Part shown: positions 23,848 to 38,019 of the stretch, one piece after another | Numbering within the stretch: the stretch's first letter is position 1 | Layout of the letters: each line of letters begins with the position of its first letter | Source: Octopus sinensis | Lineage: Eukaryota | DNA: 64,000 nt | Direction of reading: 5' to 3' | NCBI RefSeq assembly: GCF_006345805.1 | Contig: NC_043005.1 | Location: forward strand, 43,772,001-43,836,000 | The notes under the pieces: generated by a model | Told to the model about the DNA's origin: nothing | What the model saw: the letters and a program-made list of their open reading frames with translations, nothing else | Databases searched by the model: none | Made by a program: the position numbers and the translations under genes

Positions 23848-25142
23848 TGAGGGGCGTTCAATAAGTAATGCCCCTGACCCACTTCCCATAGCAGTAGAGC
23901 AATGACACTTGGCACAATTATTGGTCTTTTTCTGCATAGGAACCACCCAGAGTTACGCATTTCTCCCATCATTTGATGCAGCTCTGGAGACCGTTTTTGT
24001 AGAAGACCCCAGCTTGGTCCTCCAGCCACGACGTGACTTCAGAAATCAAGGCTGCATCATCTGGGAAACGCTTTCCTTTCAAAAACAACTTCATGGCTGG
24101 GAAGAGGTGAAAATCAGAGGGTGCAAGGTCAGGAAAGTAGGAGGGATGGGGGAGGAGATCATAGCCGCACGCCTGTGCTTCTGATCTGGCGACATGCGAG
24201 TTGTGGGCGGGAGCATTGTCCTGCAGGAGGAGGATACATTTGCTGATCTTGCTCCGCCTCTTGATTTTGATAGCTTCTCTTAATTTCCTCAAAAGTGAAG
24301 CATAATAGGCTCCTGTAATTGCAGTACCCTTTGCCAGAAAATCTGTCATCACTACTCTGTCCTGGTCCCAGAAGACTGTGAGCATGACCTTGCCAGTGGA
24401 GGGCTGCACCCTTGCCTTCTTTGGAGGAGGTGAGTCACGGTGCTTCCACTGCATTGACTGGGCTTTGGTCTCTGGATCATAGTGATGGACCCAGGTTTCA
24501 TCGTGTGTAATCAGTCTCTTGAAAAATTTTGACTCATCTTCTTGGCACATCTCCAAATTCATCCTTGAGCACTCGACGCGTTCTTGCTTCTGAAAAGGTA
24601 TGAGCAACCTGGAAATCCATCTGGCAGACACCTTTTGCATATGCAAATGGTCATGAAGGATAGTTTCCACAGACCCGGTACTAATCATGACCGCATGGGC
24701 AATTTGGCGAATAGTTATGCATCGATCTTCCAAAATGGCAGCCTCAACTAGACGGACAGATGCCTCATCAATGGCAGAAGGGGGGGGCGACCAGATCTGG
24801 GAGCTGTTTCCACAGAGTTCCGACCATGTTTGAATTCCCAATGCCAGCATTTTACAAGGTCATATGATGGAGCATCATCACCATAATTTACTTTCATTTC
24901 ATCAAAAGTCTTCCGTGGTGGGCGTCCTTTCAAATACAAAAATCGGATCACTGCTCGACACTCAACAGGCTCCATTTCACACTTGACTCAGTTCAAACAC
25001 CTGTAAATCAGAAATCACAATTAGTTCAGAGCTGTAATTTGCCACTTAATCTATAAAGATATAAATAATTGCACATGCAAAATTTCAGCTAGATCAAGCA
25101 ACTGCAAGTGAGTCAGGGGCATTACTTATTGAACGTCCCTCG
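23848..25142 (-). mobile_element. Full-length mariner transposon (DD34D, irritans-like), 1295 bp
   Basis: ~35-bp TIRs (tgaggggcgttcaataagtaatgcccctgacccact / agtgagtcaggggcattacttattgaacgtccctcg) with TA flanks at 23846-23847 and 25143-25144. Confidence 0.95.
23918..24975 (-). pseudogene. mariner transposase with one frameshift and one premature stop
   Basis: MEPVECRAVIRFLYLKG...RSGRP, frameshift at the G-run near 24780, ...ITHDETW...LLQDNAPAH...PDLAPSDF (D34D), CIK*WEKCVTLGGSYAEKDQ* (TGA at a probable CGA). Confidence 0.93.
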
Positions 25143-25144
25143 TA

Positions 25145-25580
25145 TTAGGGACTCCAGCATAGAATTAACAGCTGTATTTGTTGAGTATATATAGAGTTTA
25201 TAGGGCGGTGAAAAATTTTCGGTATGCAAATTAGGGACTCCTACATAGAATTAACTGCTGTATTTTTGAGTATATATAGAGTTTATGGAGCGGTTAAAAA
25301 TTTTTGGAATGCAAATTAGCGACTCCTGCATAGAATTAACTGCTGTATTTTTGAGTATATATAGAGTTTATAGAGCGGTTAAAAATTTTCAGTATGCAAA
25401 TTAGCGACTCTTGCATAGAATTAACTGGTGTATTTGTTGAGTATATATAGAGTTTATAGAGCGGTTAAAAATTTTCGGAATTCAAATTAGGGACTCCTGC
25501 ATAGAATTAACTGCTGTATTTGTTGAGTATATATAGAGTTTATAGAGCGGTTAAAAATTTTCGGTATGCAAATTAGGGAC
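25145..25580. repeat. Minisatellite, 5 units of 85-86 bp
   Basis: Units start at 25145, 25231, 25316, 25401, 25487 (partial at 25573); begins immediately after the mariner TA. Confidence 0.95.
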
Positions 25581-25589
25581 ATATATATA

Positions 25590-25626
<37 letters not shown>

Positions 25627-25914
25627 ATGTATGTATGTATGTTTGTATGTATGTATGCATATGTATGTATGTATGTATGTATAATTCTGTGTGTGTGTCT
25701 TTGTGTCTATGTTTGTCCCCACCACCATCACCACTTCACAACCAGTGTCGATGTGCTTACATCCCCATAACTTAGTATCTTAGAAAAAGAGACCAATAGA
25801 ATAAGTACTAGGCTTAAAACAAATAAGTTCTGAGGTTGATTTGTTTGATTAAAAATCCCTTCAGCAAGGTCTCAATCAGATGCCTGAAATAAGTAAATGA
25901 ATAAAGGAAAAAAT

Positions 25915-26285
25915 GAGTAGGAATGGCTGTGTGGTAAGTAGCTTGCTTACAAACCACATAGTTCCAGGTTCAGTCCCACTGTGTGGCGCCTTGGGCAAAT
26001 GTCTTCCGATCAAAGCCTTGTGAGGGGATTTGGTAAACGGAAACTGAAAGAATCCCATCGTATATGTATATATATATATATATATCATCATCATCATCAT
26101 TTGCATATGTATGTGTGTGTGTAATATGTTTATGTGTGTTTACGTCCCCGTAACTTAGCAGTTCGGCAAAAGAGTAAGTACTAGGCTTACATAGAATAAG
26201 TCTTGAGGTCAATTTACTCAACTAAAGGCAGTGCTCCAGTATGGCCACAGTTAAATGACTGAAACAAGTAAAAGAGTAAAGAGTA
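25915..26285 (+). mobile_element. SINE family A
   Basis: Head, core and tail all recognisable; preceded by a 3'-half copy at 25690-25905. Confidence 0.85.
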
Positions 26286-26308
26286 TATACACATACATAT
26301 GTAACTGC

Positions 26309-26343
<35 letters not shown>

Positions 26344-26639
26344 GAAAGAATCGGTCTAAACACAATGCTATTCTTGGTATAATGGTTTAAGCATATAGTT
26401 TTATTCGAAGATAAACCTATGTATTCTTTCATTTTTCCCCCCTTACACTTAGAATAAAAGAACATTTTATAAGTCTCAGTGACATATCAGTAATAGTATG
26501 TCATTGTAGTCTACCTCTTGCCAAGCCAGTCACATCCAGGCGCACGTTATGTTTCATTGCAAAAGAATGATCATTTAAAGAAGCATGAAAGCATTTTTAT
26601 TGCAGAGGTGGATCAATAAAATCAAAACCACGCCTTTAG

Positions 26640-26728
26640 GAACACATTTTTATTATTATCATTGCTGTTGGTGTTACTGGTGTTGTTGTTGGTGTTGTTA
26701 TTATTATTATTACCATTATTATTATTAC

Positions 26729-26776
<48 letters not shown>

Positions 26777-26789
26777 TATTATTATTAAT

Positions 26790-26821
<32 letters not shown>

Positions 26822-27045
26822 TATTATTATTATTATTATTATCGTTATTATTATTATTATTTTTATATGCTTACAACAACTTATAGTTTTATTTGAAATA
26901 TAATCACCACACCTTAAATTAATGAAGTTTTATTTTCTGTCCTTGTCATTTAGCTTTTGGATAAGTTAGTATTTACTTTCATACATGTAGTAGTTAAATA
27001 TTAGATATAAGAAAATGAGGTTTTTTTATTATTATTACAATTATA

Positions 27046-27092
<47 letters not shown>

Positions 27093-27160
27093 CATTGTCA
27101 ACATCATCATCATCATTATTATTATTATTATTATTATTATTCATCATCATCATCATCATC
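26640..27160. repeat. (TAT/CAT/TGT)n trinucleotide microsatellite cluster
   Basis: Direct reading. Confidence 0.9.
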
Positions 27161-27337
27161 GTTTAGCGTCCGTTTTCCATGCTAGCATGGGTTGGACGGT
27201 TCTACTGGGGTCTGTGAAGCCAGAAGGCTTCATCAGGCCCAGTCAAATCTGGCAGTGTTTCTACGGCTGGATACCCTTCCTAACGCCAACCACTCCGTGA
27301 GTGTAGTGGGTGCTTTTTACGTGCCACCCGCACTGAG

Positions 27338-27382
<45 letters not shown>

Positions 27383-28023
27383 TTGTAATTGTAGTTTGCT
27401 AGTTCAGTAATATAAGACTCTTTAAATATTAATTCCAGGTAAGTTAAAGCTTACAAAGGGAGTAAAAAGAAGAGAAAGAAAGAAAAAGTCAACTTTAGTT
27501 AATAAATAACTAGTGTTACAGATAAATTAATTCAGTTTTATGTTGTGATAACGCTAAACTAATTGCTGTTGATGTTCCTTGTTAAAGTAGAACATAGAAT
27601 ATAGAGACAAAAGGGCTGAGTGTATAAGAAAGTTGGGCATAAGTTACTGTTCACAGCCAATATTTCATTGCTTCTAGACAGCTATAATAAATTATATGTA
27701 TCATCATCATCATCATTTAACGGCTGTTCTCCATGCTAGCATGGGTTGGGCGGTTCGACCGGGTATCTGGGAAGCCAGAAGGCTGCACCAGGCTCCAGTC
27801 TGATCTGATATATATATATGGGGGAGTACACATGAAAAACAAAAGACAAGACAGGAGGTGTACAAAACAAACGGATGTATTAGTATAACACTCAGGAATT
27901 GAAAAAGTCTTTTACATTCTGAGCCTATGCTCTTCTACAGCCAAACAAATTCATTCCAATACTATTTTTATTTAAGCCTGGTACTTATTCTATTTGTCTC
28001 TTTTGGCAAATATATACATACAC

Positions 28024-28073
<50 letters not shown>

Positions 28074-28300
28074 CGGGAAGCTTTATGAAAATAAACAAAA
28101 GACGAAGGCAGGTGGAAAACAAACGAACAATTGTATTAGTATGGCGCTCAGGAAATATATGTAAAGGTTTTAGCTGCCAATTCTGTACAAGATCATTAGC
28201 TGGGCTAAAAAGTCACATTCCATCACAGCACCAATAACAGTTAAGGTTCATGCAATGGCCATACTCGATAACGAGGAGGCAGCCATCATGTATATATATA

Positions 28301-28341
<41 letters not shown>

Positions 28342-28699
28342 TTCAGAATAAATCCTTAAATCCTTAAAAATGTTTTAGCCCGAAGGCTGCGGCCATGCTG
28401 GGGCACCACCGCTGGATAGTAAATTATTATTTAGAAATATTTTACCATTATGGCCTAGTGTGTAGCAAAACTAGTTAATAGACTTTATATTATTCATTAT
28501 GTATACTGTGTACATTTTAAACACATAAAAGATGGCCATAATCAGTTATCTAAACTGCTAGAAGGAGTAGTTAAAATCTAAACCATATATATATACACAC
28601 ACACACTTTATTTATGGGTTAAGGATACCATTGGTTTCATGTCAAGAAAGAAATCTCTCAACAATTATCAAGCCTGTTGGATTGAACATTGGTGTTCCT

Positions 28700-28985
28700 C
28701 TCCATCTTGGTATTTCCATCCAGGATGGATTGAAACACCATGACAAATGGATTTTCTCAAGCACAGTGAATCACGAATCATCTCACTCATTTTGTCATCT
28801 CCTCCATGAGGCCGAACACCTTCAAATTAGCCTTCACAACTTCATCCCATGTCTTTTTGTGTCTCCCTGTTCCACATGTTCCATTGATTTTAAGCAGCCA
28901 GCACTGCCATGTGCATCTGTCCTTAACCATGTCCTCATCACATCACATCACCTGACCAGTGCAGTCTCCTCTCTTGTGCTCTAAA
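28700..28985 (-). mobile_element. Old RTE LINE 3' relic
   Basis: QERRLHWSGDVMR...INGTCGTGRHKKTWDEVVKANLKVFGL, homologous to the 8480-8640 RTE segment. Confidence 0.8.
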
Positions 28986-29306
28986 ATTTGATTCTTCTTC
29001 TGCTTAATTTTTCTCAACAGTTTGTTGCTAACAATGGTAATAGCTATCTGAACATTTTGCATCCAAAATATATACATATGTATATACACGTGTGTGTGAT
29101 GCAGTCTGTGTGTGTGTGCACATATGATGTTAATGCAGTCACCTTAACGAATGTCAATGAAATGAGGGAGTGATGCTTTAGTTTCAGATAAGATGAAAAT
29201 TCTTCCTTACGTTTATTGTGTACTATATTATTTTTTTATATATTTATTTATTTTCCCATTTGTACAACTTAACATACACACACACACACATGCACACAGA
29301 TAAATC

Positions 29307-29337
<31 letters not shown>

Positions 29338-30408
29338 ATGCATACACATGCACATACACACACACACACACACTTGAAAGTATTTGAAGCTTGCAAAAAT
29401 AAAGCTAACACACTACTCTTCTACATCTCAATTTAATGCTATTTACATGTGATTTATACTCATTTCTAACAGTTCCCTTCTCTTTATTATTCACACACAC
29501 AGTATTTTACTAAAAAAAAAACAAAAACAAAATTATGTCTCCCTCTAACTAGTCTTTCTCTTTCTCTCTCCTCTCCCTGCTTTCTCTCACTCATTGTTTT
29601 CTATGTTTACTTTAACCATTTTAAAAAGCCTTTTTATTTTTTTTTATATATTTTTCTTATTTCCCTTGTATTCCATAATACTTTTTTACTCACCCTCTCT
29701 CTCTCTCTCTCTCTTTCCTATTTAACGTTCTCTCTTTCTCACCTTTCTCTCTTTCATTATCATGTTTCTTCTGTCATTTTCTCCTTACTCTTCTTTCTCT
29801 CCACCTCCTCCTGCCCTTGTCTGTATGCCAATCTCACTCTTTTCTTGTATTTTTTTAGCATTTGTTTTTATCTACATTTAAATTTTAAAAATTTTTTGAT
29901 ATATTTTTTCCAGTCTAAAGTATCATTAATTCAATTTAATTTCCTCTTCTTTTAATTATCTTTATTACATTTTTTTTTACCTTATTTTCTTTTTTCAAAA
30001 TTATTTTATCTTTTGAGTTTCCCCTCTTCTGTTTTTCCTCTCCAATTTCATTATGTTTTACTGTCTTTGTATTTGCCCTTTCTTCAGATCTTTTTCATTG
30101 TTGTTGCTTTCTATATTAGTTGGTCAACATATTTGTTACTAGATGTCTGTTAGCTTGAAAATGGTGTTTCTCCATTGTACACTCATTTAGACCATTTATA
30201 ACCAGTGTAATCTAGCCTTCTGCATTCTATGCTAAGTGAAATATTATTAGTTTTATTTTCTAATATGTTTTAAGATTTTGTGTGTTTAGTTAGTATAAGC
30301 TAAGTTAACACTAAACATGCATGTATATATTTATATATATATACATACACAAACATATATACATATATATATACACACATACACACACATATAAACATAT
30401 ACATTCAT

Positions 30409-30439
<31 letters not shown>

Positions 30440-30731
30440 CATACCTATACATATATTTATATGTATATATATATATTTATACATGTATATATACACACAT
30501 GCACATACTTCTATATATATATACATAAATACTTAAATTCATATATATATGTATATACAGATATATATATAAATGTATACACACACAAAACACACACATA
30601 TATACATATATGTTTATACATACCTCTATATATGTATGCGTATCTATGTATACACATATCTATAAGTTTGGGAGATTGTATCTATCTATTTATCCATGTT
30701 ATATAATATATAATATATATATAATATAATA

Positions 30732-30769
<38 letters not shown>

Positions 30770-32105
30770 ATTATATACATATACATACATATACATATAC
30801 ATATATATACATATACATATACATTTACATATATATATATACACATATATATATATTTCTATACACATACATACATATATACACACATGCATGCATACAT
30901 ATAAATCATACATATGTATATATACACACATACACACATATGCATACACACACTTACACAGAGACACACACATGCACACTGACATATATAAACACATACA
31001 CACATGTACGTGTATGTATTTATATGTTTATGTATGTACGAACGTATGGCAAGTGAAGATGACATCTATCAAAAATAAACAAAAACAGCCAATAAATATA
31101 TATAAATAAATAAATATATAAATAAATAAATAAATCAAAATAAACAAACAGCTAAATAAACAAACAAATGACTACATAAATAAAGGCATCAAAATGGAAA
31201 ACTCCAGTAAATTAACAATTCAAATCAGTACTATTCTTTTGTCTTTCTCTTAAAGTATCTTTACCAGATTATAAAACAACATTGAAAGTATGTAAATTTT
31301 CAATTATCTTTCTCAAATATATACAAATGCTTCGTGCGGAGGTTCTTGTCACTTATTTCAAATGCTAAACCTGTGGATGTTTCTTCATACAAGGTCAATT
31401 CAATCAGCGAAATGGAATTTTAGGAATTAACTGCCATTTACTGAAATAAATAAATCAGTCTGACGATTCGATAATCGGATTGTTGTAAAAGTTAAAGTAT
31501 CGGAAATCCAGTGATCTTTACTCTGATGGTTACAACAGTTCTTATATGATGTCACCCTTGCATGAGCCTCTTTAGATTGAGCAGTTGAGCTTTCTCGCAG
31601 GTAAGTATGTGTGCGTGTATGTGTATACATATATGTGTGTGTATGTGTAAGTGTGTTGCTTATGTGTGTGTATGCGCAGGAGATTTGAAACAATAATAAC
31701 AATAATTTCAACAAATGTTTTAAATATATTGGATTCTTGGTCATAATGTTAGTCGCTTTCGATCATAATAAGTATAAAGGCAATTTTTCAAATTTTTTTT
31801 CTCTGTATTTTGTACAACAAAGTATAAAGTTGAACACTTTTGATATAATTGAAAGAAAACATAAATAATAAGACAAACGCAGCTCAAGCAAAAGTTGTTT
31901 GTATGTCTCCAGCATTGAAAAATAGAATATTTTAATATTATACAAAACAATAATATAACTGCAATCTATTCATGGCAGCAATAAATATTTTTAGGAATAT
32001 ATAAGAAAATTATATAAATTTTATATATAAGAAATGAACATATACACATATACATACACAGATATATACACATATTCATATACATAATATATATATATAT
32101 ATGTA

Positions 32106-32146
<41 letters not shown>

Positions 32147-32894
32147 TTTAAGTTACTAGTCGTGGTTAAATATTTGGCTTTAAGATGTTTTTTAATATAT
32201 TATAACAAAGTTAGTGATCAGAAAGTTTGTATGTCTGTAAGATATAGCAAATATAAGAAGATACTTAAGAATGGTAACAAAATATTTTAAATTTGATATA
32301 TTCCATATTTACCACATTTCTGAATGAATGAACGGAATTAAATTTGTTCATTAGATAGACATAAAATCATAGAAATATAGAACCGAACAGGGGAAGCTGA
32401 GACATTGAAAATTTTCTTTAAGTTATTGGTTAAATAAGATAAACAGTTCCAACTGGGAACTGAAACTGAGCTGTAACTTCCATTTCCAAGAATCTTAGAA
32501 CTTTGTTTTTATATAACTATGTGCACTAACACGTTTAGAGAAGCTGAAATTTAGAAGATCAGTTAACATCAAAGAACGATTTAATGTTTTCAAGAATATT
32601 CTTGTGGTAAAGGATATTTAGAATTTGGAATTAGAGAGAATGATTAAAATTTCAATAAGACTAAAATATTCACCATGACAGAAATATATGTATGTATGTC
32701 CATCCATACATATGTACGCATCCATGTATGTATGCATGCATGTAAGTGTGCTTGCATGCAAGCATGTATGTATGTACGTATGGATTGAAGGATGTATGCA
32801 TGTATCTTGTATGTATATATATAAATTTTGTATGTATGTATATGTATATATGTATTTGCATGCATATATTTATATATGCATGTACAAATGTATG

Positions 32895-32925
<31 letters not shown>

Positions 32926-33018
32926 ATATAATACATACATATATACAACATATATATATATAGATATATATATATGTATGTATGTATGATGTATAGGTGT
33001 ATATAATATGTGTGTGTG

Positions 33019-33088
<70 letters not shown>

Positions 33089-33454
33089 ACATCAACAGCA
33101 ATGTGAAAGTGTCAAAGTGGCCATTTAAAAATTTAAAACACACATGCTGTTATCTTCATTCTTCATTTTTTTATTTTACTTTAAAGTTAATTAGATTGTA
33201 TGTATGTTTTATGTATGCATGTGTATTTTATATGTATGAGGTAGTATCAAAAAGTTCCCAAACCAGTTGCATTTAACAAAAAATAAGGTATTTACCAAAG
33301 TTTTAGCATGTGGATAGAACACAACACTTCTAGCACTCAGTTTTGCTGACATGGGAAGGTCTTATCTCGAACCTCATATCAACAGACATCTTGGTTGATT
33401 GTCATTTCCTCTATGAGCCCAAACATCGGTCCTCACTATTTACACACACACACA

Positions 33455-33620
33455 CAGTGGCATGGCTGTGTGGTAAGAAGCTAGCTTCCCAACCACATGG
33501 TTCCGTGTTCAGTTCCCACTGCATGGCATCTTGGGCAAATGTCTTCTACTATAGCTTCAGGACAATCAAAGCCTTGTGAGTGGATTTGGTAGATGGAAAC
33601 TGAAAGAAGCCCATCGTATT

Positions 33621-33652
<32 letters not shown>

Positions 33653-33895
33653 TGTATGTATGTATGTATATTTATGCGTGTGTGTCTTTGTGTCTGTGTT
33701 TGTTCCTCCACCATTGCTTGACAACTGATGTTGGTGTGTTTATGTCCCCAAAACTTAGCAGTTCTGCAAAAGTGACTGACAGGATAAGTACTAGGCTTAC
33801 AAAGAATAAGTTTTGGGTATAATTTTTTCAACTAAAGCTCTTTAAGGCAGTGCTCTAGCATGGCCACAGTCAAATGACTGAAATGCGTAAAAGTG
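33455..33895 (+). mobile_element. SINE family A
   Basis: Full consensus with internal (TATG)n. Confidence 0.88.
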
Positions 33896-34779
33896 TATAT
33901 ATGTGCATATGTATATTTAAATATTACAAACATATATGTTCATATATATATATATATATATATATAAATGTATATATATGTGTGTATATATATATATATA
34001 TAAGCATGTATATATAGATATGTGTATGTGTGTATGTATGTATCGATATATATGTATGCATGTACATATGCACACTTACATATGTATATGTACATATGTG
34101 TTTGTATCCTTGTCTTAATATCATGTGATGGTTGCAAACAAGCATCACCATCATACAAGCAATGTTAATTTCCAATCAACCATGACTGGTCATTGAAAAA
34201 TATCATTTTATTTGGAAACTAGCAAGGGTTACTAACAAGATGGGCATCCAGCCATAGAATATCGTGTAAGTATGGAAAAGTGGAGTTACATGAAATAAAT
34301 AAAGATTAAACATGATGATGATAATCAGTGCTAGTAAGGATTTTTATCTGAGCAATATAAACTAGAGCTAACAGCATTTAATCCTTTTGAGGCATATGAT
34401 GTTTTGTTATGTGTAGCTTATAAGTCCCAATTTTTTTTTTTCCTATTCAAATTCATCTACATAAAGACTATCTCTGATTAGCTATTACTCTTCAAAACCA
34501 ACCATTCACAACATTTTTTCCATCGGGTCAATGGATCGGTCTGAAAATCCTTTCAGCTTGTACCAATTGGTTCGATCAGTTGTCCTTGGTGTCCGAAGAG
34601 GGTTAAGGATTTATAAAATGCAAGAGATTCAAGACACAGATCTTCATGTAGTTCACTCGGAAGTGGTTGTTGCTCCACTGTTACTGATTCATAGCAGATG
34701 ATGTAGCTTCCAGGACTGCTGGATGGTTTTCTGGGATATTTTCTAACTTGAATAAAAAAAAAATATCAACAACACAGGT

Positions 34780-34951
34780 GCAGGCATGGCTGTGTGGGTA
34801 AACGTTTGCTTCTCAACCACATGGTTCTAGGTTCAGTCCTACTGTGTGGCACCTTGGGCAAGTGTCTTCTACTACAGCTTCTTGCTGACCAAAGTGTTGT
34901 GAGTGAATTTTGTAGAAAGAAACTAAAAGGAGTCCATCGTGTGTGTGTGTG

Positions 34952-34989
<38 letters not shown>

Positions 34990-35265
34990 TGTGCATGCGC
35001 GTATGCATGCATGTGTGTGTTTGTGTATGCATGTGTGTGTTTGTGTATGCATGTGTGTGTTTGTATCTGTGTTTGTCTCTCCATCACTGCTAGACAACCA
35101 GTGTTTGCATGTTTACATCCCTGTAACCTAGCAGTTCAGCAAAAGAGACAAATGAAATAGGTACCAGATTTTATAAGTCCTGGGATCAATTTGTTCAACT
35201 AAAATTCTTCAAAGTGGTGCCCTAGTATGGCAACATTTTAATTGCTGAAACAAGTAAAAGATAAA
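34780..35265 (+). mobile_element. SINE family A
   Basis: Full consensus with long internal (TG)n. Confidence 0.85.
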
Positions 35266-36884
35266 GGAACATATTATCAACACTTATTCTAATAAAACAT
35301 TTTTGATCTTCTTCATTGGTCTATCATTTAGTTTAATTTATATTTTTACACTAATACCACTCAATATGTGTTATGCTTTTTAAAAGATTTTTTTTTTTCA
35401 ATTTTATGCAATTAAACATTTAGTGATTCTATACTTAACCAGAAACTATTTTTACCTTTATACTGTTCACCAAAGAAAACAACCTTTCATTGCAAGTGAA
35501 GAATGAAACAATAACAAGTTTATCACTAATTGTGGCTTAACAAAGTTTATCTCTATATTTTTTGTTTGAAGAAATATAAATCCTGTATCGCTTTGGTCTT
35601 GTAATTTCATTCTCATGCCAAGTTATCTCTCACTGTTCTCTGTCGATATCTTCATACTTTTTTAACTCAAAAATATAAGAGCATTTTTTTGCCAGTGGAA
35701 TAACTAACTGAAGGTAGCTCATTTCAGACATTCTCAATCTAAAGTTTCAAATAGCTGAAAATTAATTATATAATTATATTTCCCAGCTTAGTTTGACATA
35801 AAAGTTCAATGTCTTAAGTTAAAATTCTTAAAGTCTTTGGTTTGAATTCTGGAAGAATATTCTAAAAAGATATTTATAGCATTTGTTTTATGACTTATTT
35901 CACTTAAGAGAAAGTAAATTGGTGATAACTTTCAATATATCTGCATTTTACATCAATTTTCTTTTTAGTAAAATTAGCAAAGTCACCTTCCAAATTAATG
36001 TTGATAAAAGTACGTAATTATTAATTCTAAGGATCTCAGCTTCATCATCATCATCCTTTAATGCCTATTTTCCATGCTGGAATGGGTTGGACAGTTTCAC
36101 AAGAACTGGCAAGGCCAAGAATCACACCAAGGTTCCATAGTCTGTTTTGGCATAATTTCTACACCTGGATGTCCTTCCTAATGTCGAGCACTTTATAGCA
36201 TATGCTGGATGCTTTGTACATGGTACCAGCACCAGTGCTTTTTACCTGGCACCATCACCACTGCTTTCCATGTGGCACTGTCAAATTTATTTTATTTGCA
36301 CTTGGTGGAATGAAAGGTAGGAATGCAAAGCCCATTTTTACTATTGGTTTCTGTAAAGCTAGCATTGTGGATACTAAAATCCCGTTTTCTAATGGAGCTG
36401 AAGTTAAAATGATTAAAAAATGAGATAAATTCTAGTTTTTGATACAGCAGTCATTCTATGATACACTAAAGTGAAAATCATTGGATACAGCTATGATGTA
36501 AAAATCCTTTTTTTGGATCAGTCTGAATATAGATAATTCTAAGGCAGTTAAAGTTCAAAATATGTATAGGAAGTGTACAATCATGGCATACAAGCCATGT
36601 ATAAAGAGACATGCTACTTTCTGCTTCAGTAGATGTTAAACACCTCTTTATAACCTTATAACTGCATTTGTATAAATACTTGCACAGCCTACCACATTTT
36701 AAATTTATATACTGTTTTACAAAAGAAAAAAAAAGATTTTTTATGGAACTGTGAATGCTCTTGGCATTATAACAACTGATCTCAAAAAACAAGTTAAAAA
36801 CTTGTCAACTGTTTTCCTTAATATGGTTATCTAGCTGTTAAAACAAATGGCTCTTTTGTAGGTACACCTGCACTTTCATCAGTG

Positions 36885-37230
36885 AAGGCGAACAGCTCAG
36901 TGGTTTGAGCGATGGGCTCACAATCATGAGGTAGTGAGTTCGATTCCAAAACCAGGCTGTGTATTATGATCTTCAGCATGACACTTTATTTCATGTTGCT
37001 CCAGTTCACTTGGCTGTAGAAATGAGCTGCACCATCACTGGTGCCAAGCTGTGTTGGCGTTTGTCTTTTCCTCGGATAACATCAGTAGAGTGAAGAAGGG
37101 AGGCTGGTATGCATGGGCGACTGCTGGTCTTTCACAAACAACCTTGCCCAGACTTGTGCCTCAGAAGGGAACTCACTAGCTACAATCTCATGGTCATTCA
37201 TGACCAAGGGGGTCTCTACCTTTTTTACTT
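36885..37230 (+). mobile_element. tRNA-derived SINE family C
   Basis: ggcgaacagctcagtggtttgagcg...gagttcgattcc (A and B boxes), then acactttatttcatgttgctccagttcac. Confidence 0.8.
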
Positions 37231-37583
37231 CCATCAATAATTAACCATCCCCTCTTAGAATTACAATTGTGTCTGAATCAGAAACCAATATTAATATCCT
37301 TATATTCTATGTATGTAAACACACACACACACACAGACAAATACACATACAGATACATGCACCTGTGCACACACACACATACACACACACACACACAAAC
37401 ATAAATACAATGGGCTTCTTTCAGTTTTGGTGTACCAAATCCACAAGGCTTGTCAACCTAAAGCTATAGTAGAAGACATTTACCAAAAGTGCCACACAGT
37501 TGATGTGAATCCAGCATCATGAGGTCAGGAAACGCAAACTTCTTACCACATAACCATCCCTGTGCCTACATATATATATATAC

Positions 37584-37634
<51 letters not shown>

Positions 37635-37683
37635 TATATATATATATATTATATATATATACATATATTATATACATACATAC

Positions 37684-37736
<53 letters not shown>

Positions 37737-37765
37737 TATATATATATACTTACATACATACATAC

Positions 37766-37817
<52 letters not shown>

Positions 37818-37967
37818 AGCATATATCTATCTATTTCTCTATCTATCTATCTATATTTATATATATATACGTATGTATGCATATATTATGTATGTATGTA
37901 TGTATGTATGTATGTATGTATGTATAATTATATATATTTCCATGCATAGTTACACCACACACACACA

Positions 37968-38019
<52 letters not shown>

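Noticed and set aside
27900-27950. Minus-strand gagc-atag-gctc hairpin in a PLE-tail-like repeat
   Set aside because: Probably a hammerhead relic, but the core (ctgtagaa / agaa) is too degraded to call.
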